Shown here: in pieces, positions 58,108-64,000 of the stretch | How the letters are laid out: each line of letters opens with the position of its first letter | How positions within the stretch are numbered: position 1 is the first letter of the stretch | Origin: Thermodesulfobacteriota bacterium | Lineage (GTDB): Bacteria; Desulfobacterota; BSN033; UBA1163 | Direction of reading: 5' to 3' | NCBI GenBank assembly: GCA_049514515.1 | Contig: JBEKUZ010000017.1 | Span: 1,006 to 65,005 of the forward strand | DNA: 64,000 nucleotides | Program-made: the position numbers and the translations under genes | The notes under the pieces: generated by a model | What the model was told of the DNA's origin: nothing | Database searches by the model: none | What the model saw: only the letters and a program-made list of their open reading frames with translations

Positions 58108-59108
58108 GGTTCAAGGATTCGAGGGTTCAAGTGGTTCAACTTGTAAGGATCTGTTCGCGTCAAGACTTCCCAACGCCTTACAGAGTCAATAACACGAAGG
58201 TTTATTCGTTTATTTTTTCCCTCGAACCCTATACCCCTCGACCCCCAGGACCCCACAATTCTTTCTACTGCCCAGCCGAAGCGATATAACAAAAGCCGAA
58301 GCGAATAGGTTCGAAGCGCCTTCTCCATCGTCTCCCTGATTTCTTTATCGTCTCCGGCATAGGCCAAAAAGAAACGCCAGCGATCCGTTCGGGTGATCGG
58401 TAAGCCAAAGCGTCTCCACTTTTCCACGGAACGGTTGAGGCGAAGAAGATTCTTCATCTTTTCCCGATTAGAAAGTTTGGGTTTCCTATAGGAACGATCA
58501 AAATCGATAAGCAGGAGCTGTTCTCCTACTATCAGAATGTTTTTAAGCTGAAGATCGCCATGGAAGAATCCAGCCTGATGAAATTGCCGGATAAGAAGGC
58601 CAGCAGACCGAATCGTTTTTCTCTTTAAAGGAAGAGTTTGGCGCGAACGACGTGTTCCGAACTGCCTCAGATATTGAATCAGGTCGGCAGCCTGAGAAAC
58701 CTCCAAGGAGAGAAAGTAGGCGTGGTAGAGAGGATAGAAGATGCGATAGTGGATGGCTCCGATGGGCTGGATCGTCGGGATCCCGCAGGATCGGATCTCT
58801 TCTGTTAAGGCCAGTTCTCGGAAAGACCTTGCCCCAAAGAAGTAAAGCTTTCCGGTGATGGCTCGTAATAGTCCTCCGTGTGAATATTGGCGAACAACCA
58901 TCCTCCTCCCATCCTCAAGAGGAATGCAGGGATGCGGGGCTCGACCTTTAAGATAATGGGAAACTTGGCTGCTTTTCTCAAGAAAAGTTTTTAAATCATC
59001 AATTCCTTGTTTGAGAAGGGCCTCTTTATACCCCCTTCCAAGGAGGAAAAGGGTCTTTCCTTTTTTGATGAGGGAGAAGGATGGCGGGATCTCGTTATGT
59101 TTGAACAT
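58104..59108 (-). CDS. Lipopolysaccharide kinase (Kdo/WaaP) family protein
   Basis: Kinase catalytic loop HGDLQLKNILI followed by DFD, and the Kdo/InaA-type fold. Confidence 0.6.
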   Translation of the reverse strand: MFKHNEIPPSFSLIKKGKTLFLLGRGYKEALLKQGIDDLKTFLEKSSQVSHYLKGRAPHPCIPLEDGRRMVVRQYSHGGLLRAITGKLYFFGARSFRELALTEEIRSCGIPTIQPIGAIHYRIFYPLYHAYFLSLEVSQAADLIQYLRQFGTRRSRQTLPLKRKTIRSAGLLIRQFHQAGFFHGDLQLKNILIVGEQLLLIDFDRSYRKPKLSNREKMKNLLRLNRSVEKWRRFGLPITRTDRWRFFLAYAGDDKEIRETMEKALRTYSLRLLLYRFGWAVERIVGSWGSRGIGFEGKNKRINLRVIDSVRRWEVLTRTDPYKLNHLNPRILEP

Positions 59109-59267
59109 TTTGGATTAAGGTAATGGAATCGATCAGGTTTGTCAACCCCGAACCCGGCTGGAAACCCGGCTGGATTCATGGCGAAACTACTTACCAAATG
59201 GTATATTTGACATGGTCTTGTCTTTATTATATTTAATTGGATATGACAAAACCTGGAGGGGAATCTT

Positions 59268-60707
59268 GTGGAATATGAACCTGTTATCGGCCTGGAAGTC
59301 CATGCACAGCTCCTGACCCGATCGAAAATATTCTGTGGTTGTTCCACCACATTCGGGGAAGAACCGAATACACAAACCTGTCCTGTGTGTACCGGACAGC
59401 CCGGCTCTCTTCCGGTGATCAACCGGAAGGCGGTGGAGTTCGCAATCAAATTGGGTTTGGCGACCTCCTGCCGAATTGCTCCTTATAGCCTTTTTGCCAG
59501 AAAGAATTATTTCTATCCTGATCTCCCAAAGGGGTATCAGATTTCCATGTATGAGTTCCCTTTGGCCGTGGGTGGCTTTATTGACATCATGGTGGATGGC
59601 AAAAAGAAGCGCATTCAGATCATCCGGATTCATATGGAAGACGATGCCGGGAAGTTGAAGCATGGCGAGACACCCGAGACGGCATCCTTCAGTTATGTGG
59701 ATTTCAACCGCACAGGCGTCCCCTTAGTTGAGATTGTAAGCGGACCGGACATCCGATCTCCAGAGGAGGCGGGTGATTATTTGAGAAAACTCCGGTCGAT
59801 CCTTCAGTACCTGGAAATCTGCACAGGAGATATGGAGAAGGGTACTTTTAGATGTGACGCAAACGTTTCGGTCCGGCCAAAAGGCCGGAAAGAATTCGGG
59901 ACGAGGACGGAATTGAAGAACATGAATTCCTTCCGTCATGTAGAAAAGGCATTAGAGTTTGAAATCAAACGGCAGATGGCGGCGTTGGAAGACGGAGAAG
60001 AAGTCGTTCAGGAGACGCGGCTCTGGGATGTCGATCAGGGAGTCACGATTTCGATGAGGGGAAAAGAAGAGGCCCATGATTACCGCTACTTCCCGGATCC
60101 GGATCTTGTTCCGTTGAGGATCGATGAGAACTGGGTTGGGGAAGTTCGGAAAAAGCTTCCCGAGCTTCCTGATGAAAAGAAAGAAAGGTTTATCCGGCAA
60201 TATGAAATCCCTGAGTATGACGCGGAAATCCTCACCTCGGCAAGAGCTATGGCCTATTATTTTGAGGAATGTGTCAGTTTCTTTCCGGAGCCTAAAATCG
60301 TGAGCAACTGGATGATGGGAGATTTGCTCCGGGAGTTGAAGCGGGACGAAAAGGAGATCGATCATTGTCCTGTTACTCCCAAGCACCTGGCAGAGATGCT
60401 TTCGATGATCAAAAAGGGGACGATCAGCGGAAAAATTGCCAAGGATGTTTTTGAAGAGATGTATCGCACGGGGGCCTACCCGGAAGACATCGTGAAAGAC
60501 AAAGGTTGGGTTCAAATCCTTGATGAAGGGGAGATCGAAAGAGCTATACAAAAAGCGATAGACGCCAATCCGAAGCAGGTGGAGGATTATCGAAAAGGCA
60601 AGGAGAAACTCTTTGGCTTTTTCGTGGGAGAAGTGATGAAGCAGACCCATGGAAAAGCGAATCCGAAGTTGGTCAATGAATTGCTGAAGAAGAAACTCAA
60701 AGCGTAG
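59268..60707 (+). CDS. gatB: Asp-tRNA(Asn)/Glu-tRNA(Gln) amidotransferase subunit B
   Basis: [13 protein letters not shown], and full-length GatB including the C-terminal YqeY-like tail. Confidence 0.9.
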   Translation: MEYEPVIGLEVHAQLLTRSKIFCGCSTTFGEEPNTQTCPVCTGQPGSLPVINRKAVEFAIKLGLATSCRIAPYSLFARKNYFYPDLPKGYQISMYEFPLAVGGFIDIMVDGKKKRIQIIRIHMEDDAGKLKHGETPETASFSYVDFNRTGVPLVEIVSGPDIRSPEEAGDYLRKLRSILQYLEICTGDMEKGTFRCDANVSVRPKGRKEFGTRTELKNMNSFRHVEKALEFEIKRQMAALEDGEEVVQETRLWDVDQGVTISMRGKEEAHDYRYFPDPDLVPLRIDENWVGEVRKKLPELPDEKKERFIRQYEIPEYDAEILTSARAMAYYFEECVSFFPEPKIVSNWMMGDLLRELKRDEKEIDHCPVTPKHLAEMLSMIKKGTISGKIAKDVFEEMYRTGAYPEDIVKDKGWVQILDEGEIERAIQKAIDANPKQVEDYRKGKEKLFGFFVGEVMKQTHGKANPKLVNELLKKKLKA

Positions 60708-60792
60708 GGATTCTATCGGGCTATGCCCTCGTAATGACTTTTTTCCTTTTGGTCATTGCGAACGGAGTGAAGCAATCTCAGAAAAATGATCC

Positions 60793-61080
60793 ATGAGTAA
60801 ACAATACTATGTTTACATCATGACCAACAAAAATAATAGAGTCCTCTACACCGGTATAACCAATGACTTAAAGAGGAGAGCATACGAACACAAAGAGAAA
60901 CTTGTTGATGGGTTTACGAAGAAATATAATGTTTCAAAACTCGTTTATTATGAAGCCCATGAAGATCCAGAAAATGCCATTTTGAGAGAAAAGAAGATAA
61001 AGGCGGGCTCAAGACAAAAGAAAATTGATTTGATTAATTCAATGAACAAGGAGTGGCGCGACTTATATGAAGAAATTTGA
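60793..61080 (+). CDS. GIY-YIG nuclease family protein
   Basis: YYVYIMTNKNNRVLYTGITNDLKRRAYEHK. Bracketed by direct copies of a REP-like repeat. Confidence 0.75.
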   Translation: MSKQYYVYIMTNKNNRVLYTGITNDLKRRAYEHKEKLVDGFTKKYNVSKLVYYEAHEDPENAILREKKIKAGSRQKKIDLINSMNKEWRDLYEEI

Positions 61081-61249
61081 GATTGCCACGCTACGCTCGC
61101 AACGGCTTCGTCGGATTGCCACGGGCTACGCCCTCGCAATGACAGCCCTTTTGGCGCTGAAAGGTTTCTTTCCTGTCGTTGCGAACGAAGCCCTGCACCG
61201 CATGGTGTTCAGGGCGGAGTGAAGCAATCCCAGATTTTGAATACATTTT

Positions 61250-62335
61250 ATGAAATTCAAAACCATCGAATGGAAAGGTGACCGGGTGAGGATCCTCGAC
61301 CAGAGGAGGCTTCCGCAGGAGGTCCGTTATCTGGATTGCCGGGATGCGTCTTCTGTCGCCCAGGCCATCCGAACCATGGCTGTCCGCGGGGCACCTGCCA
61401 TCGGTGTCGCGGCGGCCATGGGAATCGCGCTCGCAGCAAAGAGGATTCGATCCAATCAGGCTAAGATGTTCCGAAAGAATCTCAAAAGGGTTTGTGATGA
61501 AATGAGCCGGACCAGACCCACGGCAGTCAACCTCTTCTGGGCCGTGAACCGAATGAAAGAAATATTGAATCTGGTCCATGCGGATGGGGCTGAGAAGACG
61601 AGGCATCATTTAATAGAGGAGGCTTTGCGGATTTACGAAGAAGACGTGGAGATCAATAGAAAAATTGGGGAGAATGGGAAGAAACTTATTCACAGCGGAG
61701 ATGGAATCCTGACTCATTGCAACGCCGGAGCATTAGCGACGAGTGGATACGGGACGGCACTGGGAGTGATCTACGCGGCGCGAGACCAAGGAAAGAAGTT
61801 TCAAGTCTTTGTGGATGAGACAAGGCCCATGCTCCAGGGATGCCGACTGACGGCGTGGGAGCTGGTTCAGGAAAAGATTCCGGCGACTCTCATTACCGAT
61901 AATATGGCCGGTGTTTTAATGAGGAAGGGCTTGGTTAATCTGGTCGTGGTGGGGGCGGATCGAATTGCAAGAAATGGAGATACCGCCAATAAAATTGGGA
62001 CCTACGGACTTGCGGTTCTCTCGAAATTTCATGATATTCCTTTTTATGTGGCGGCCCCGACCTCTACACTTGACCTCTCTTTAGTTTCCGGAGAGGAGAT
62101 ACCGATCGAAGAAAGAAACATTGCAGAAGTGACCCATTTTTGTGGGTATCCGATCGCTCCAAAAGGCGTGAAAGCCTTTAATCCCGCCTTTGACGTGACT
62201 CCCCATTCACTCATTAATGGCATCATTACGGAGAAGGGGATTATTCGAAAACCTTTTGAAAGAGGTCTAAAAAGGATAATGACAAATTCCAAATCACCCC
62301 CCCACCCATCCCTCTCCCCGCGGGGAAGAGGGTAA
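61250..62335 (+). CDS. mtnA: S-methyl-5-thioribose-1-phosphate isomerase
   Basis: eIF-2B alpha/beta/delta-like fold with the MtnA signature ([12 protein letters not shown]...[19 protein letters not shown]). The last ~15 codons run into a GC-rich palindromic repeat. Confidence 0.8.
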   Translation: MKFKTIEWKGDRVRILDQRRLPQEVRYLDCRDASSVAQAIRTMAVRGAPAIGVAAAMGIALAAKRIRSNQAKMFRKNLKRVCDEMSRTRPTAVNLFWAVNRMKEILNLVHADGAEKTRHHLIEEALRIYEEDVEINRKIGENGKKLIHSGDGILTHCNAGALATSGYGTALGVIYAARDQGKKFQVFVDETRPMLQGCRLTAWELVQEKIPATLITDNMAGVLMRKGLVNLVVVGADRIARNGDTANKIGTYGLAVLSKFHDIPFYVAAPTSTLDLSLVSGEEIPIEERNIAEVTHFCGYPIAPKGVKAFNPAFDVTPHSLINGIITEKGIIRKPFERGLKRIMTNSKSPPHPSLSPRGRG

Positions 62336-62352
62336 GACGGGCTGACAAGTCC

Positions 62353-63144
62353 ATGAAGAAGCCAATCATCACCTTACTCACCGACTTCGGCACCAAAGAC
62401 CATTACGTGGCTTCGATGAAGGGCGCGATTTTGAATATCAACCCTCGGTGTCTCCTAGTCGACATTACACACCAGGTGAATCCGCAGGACATAGAAGAAG
62501 GCGCCTTTATACTGGCCAATGCCTATTCTTATTTCCCAAAGGGAACGATTCATCTTTCGGTGGTGGACCCAGGGGTAGGGGGGATCAGGAGGCCCATTCT
62601 TGTCGTGACGCCACATTATTTTTTTGTGGGCCCCGACAATGGGCTCTTTACGCTCGTGGCACAGAGGGAGAAGATTAAACAGGTGGTGGTTCTCACCCAA
62701 AAGAAGTATTTTCTTTCAAAAATCAGCAGCACATTTCATGGAAGGGATATCTTTGCCCCGGTGGCTGCACATCTCTCTCTGGGTGTCAAGCCCAAGGCTT
62801 TTGGACACGAAATCAAATCCCTGAAAGAGCTTGGGCCTCGGAGACCCTTTGTCAAAGAAGGGAAATTATTCGGAGAGATCCTCCATATCGATGCGTTCGG
62901 AAACGTGATCAGCAATATTGATGAGGAAAAACTTCTTCGGTTCGTTCAAAGTAGATCTTTTGCCATTTGTGCAGGAAGGAAAGTTATCTCGGGTTTGAAG
63001 AAAGGATACTGGGAGGGCAAGAAAGGCGAGCCCATCGCACTTTTGGGAAGCGGCGGGTTTGTCGAAATCTCTGTAAGGGAAGGGAATGCTCAAAAGATAC
63101 TGAAGGTGAATAGGGGAGATCAGATTATAATAAGCACCAAATAA
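62353..63144 (+). CDS. SAM hydrolase / SAM hydroxide adenosyltransferase family (DUF62)
   Basis: ITLLTDFGTKDHYVASMKG and the VVDPGVG signature. Confidence 0.75.
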   Translation: MKKPIITLLTDFGTKDHYVASMKGAILNINPRCLLVDITHQVNPQDIEEGAFILANAYSYFPKGTIHLSVVDPGVGGIRRPILVVTPHYFFVGPDNGLFTLVAQREKIKQVVVLTQKKYFLSKISSTFHGRDIFAPVAAHLSLGVKPKAFGHEIKSLKELGPRRPFVKEGKLFGEILHIDAFGNVISNIDEEKLLRFVQSRSFAICAGRKVISGLKKGYWEGKKGEPIALLGSGGFVEISVREGNAQKILKVNRGDQIIISTK

Positions 63145-63189
63145 CATGCCCCGTACTTAATATAATGCGGGAAAAATTCCCTTCGCTTT

Positions 63190-63266
63190 GATTGTCATTT
63201 CGGGCTTGACCCGGAATCCAGGGGAAGGCTGGATTCCTGCTTCCGCAGGAATGACCGCAACAAGAA
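63190..63266. repeat. Second REP-like family (gtcatt-ccgg-cttga-cccggaatccagg ... ctggattcctgc..caggaatgac); a related copy lies at 51780-51808
   Basis: Inverted repeat seen directly. The copy at 51780 (gtcattccggacttgatccggaatccagcc) shares the core. Confidence 0.55.
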
Positions 63267-63325
63267 CTATTGAGAATTGGATGGGTGAGGGGGCCGAAAA
63301 AACGAATAGGGAGATAGGGTGCGCC

Positions 63326-64000
63326 ATGGTATCGAATAAGGCTCAAGACATTCCTCCATTCATTGTGATGGATGTTCTGGAAAAGGCTCAAGAACTGGAG
63401 AGAAATGGGGAGCATATCATCCATTTAGAAGTAGGGGAGCCGGATTTCGACACTCCGGAATGTATCAATGAGGCTTGTTATCGTGCAATCCGTGAGGGGA
63501 AGACCCATTATACGCACAGCCTGGGGTTGATCGAGCTACGGGAAGCCATTGCAGAAGATTACTTGAAAAAATATGGGGTGAAGGTTTCCCCCGAACAAAT
63601 TCTTGTTGCTTCAGGAACCTCTCCGGCCATGCTCCTTCTCTTTGCTGCCCTCTTAGAATCTGGGGATGAGGTTATCCTGTCCAATCCCTATTATCCATGT
63701 TATCCCAATATCATTCGGTTTGTTGATGGATCTCCTGTTTTTGTCAAGGTGATGGAAGAGGAAGGGTTCCAGTATCTTCCGGAGATGATCGAGGAGAAAT
63801 TGAGGCCAAGGGTGAAAGGGATCATGATCAATTCACCTTCCAATCCCACTGGAAATTTGATGCCTGCGGAAAGGATGAGAGAGATTGCTCGTTTCTCTCC
63901 TTTTATCATCTCGGACGAAATTTATCATGGGTTGGTCTATGAAGGGGAGGTCCATACAATTCTTGAGTTCACAGACCGCGCTTTTGTGATCAACGGGTTT
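63326..64000 (+). CDS. Class I/II pyridoxal-phosphate-dependent aminotransferase (aspartate-aminotransferase-like); 3'-partial at the window end
   Basis: HLEVGEPDF, SNPYYPCY and INSPSNPTG motifs. No stop codon within the window. Confidence 0.75.
   Translation, partial: MVSNKAQDIPPFIVMDVLEKAQELERNGEHIIHLEVGEPDFDTPECINEACYRAIREGKTHYTHSLGLIELREAIAEDYLKKYGVKVSPEQILVASGTSPAMLLLFAALLESGDEVILSNPYYPCYPNIIRFVDGSPVFVKVMEEEGFQYLPEMIEEKLRPRVKGIMINSPSNPTGNLMPAERMREIARFSPFIISDEIYHGLVYEGEVHTILEFTDRAFVINGF

Noticed and set aside
1-64000. CRISPR arrays, rRNA genes, integrases or transposases
   Set aside because: No regularly spaced direct repeats with unique spacers, no rRNA-like stretches, and no recombinase or transposase signatures in any frame.

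Overview
This is a 64 kb segment of a Gram-negative bacterial chromosome at roughly 50% GC; the Mla transporter, LPS-core/lipid A genes and a sigma-54 promoter point to a diderm cell envelope. Most of the window is a housekeeping backbone: lysC, cimA, tsaE, nnr, acpS, pdxJ, glmM, folP, ftsH, argS, rpoD, gatB, mtnA, iscU-like and a tRNA-Arg(CCG). Three loci related to nitric oxide and anaerobic respiration stand out. The first is a minus-strand gene string at 4360-10610: an octaheme HAO-like cytochrome c, an M24 peptidase, a quinol-type NO reductase (qNOR), a UspA protein and a membrane protein with a cytochrome c domain at one end and a cytochrome b5-like domain at the other. The second is a DNR/NnrR-type Crp/Fnr regulator at 28050. 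The third is a cluster at 32.7-34.6 kb of small NO-stress genes: a YgbA-like protein, an unannotated zinc-ribbon ORF with a 4-TM membrane protein, and a DUF1858 protein with a cupin. Two perfect TTGAY-N4-GTCAA boxes sit at class-II distance from -10 hexamers upstream of the YgbA-like gene and the zinc-ribbon ORF. Other notable items: a multi-GAF hybrid histidine kinase translationally coupled to a small radical SAM enzyme; a sigma-54 promoter driving a His-rich ZraP/CpxP-like periplasmic protein; a GC-rich foreign segment carrying an orphan efflux adaptor and a truncated B12-radical-SAM gene; two paralogous small secreted proteins of unknown family; an AT-rich islet (DUF2971, RHH, PilZ, lipoprotein) upstream of the tRNA-Arg; a GIY-YIG gene bracketed by direct repeats; and several families of palindromic REP-like repeats. 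No CRISPR array or rRNA was seen.
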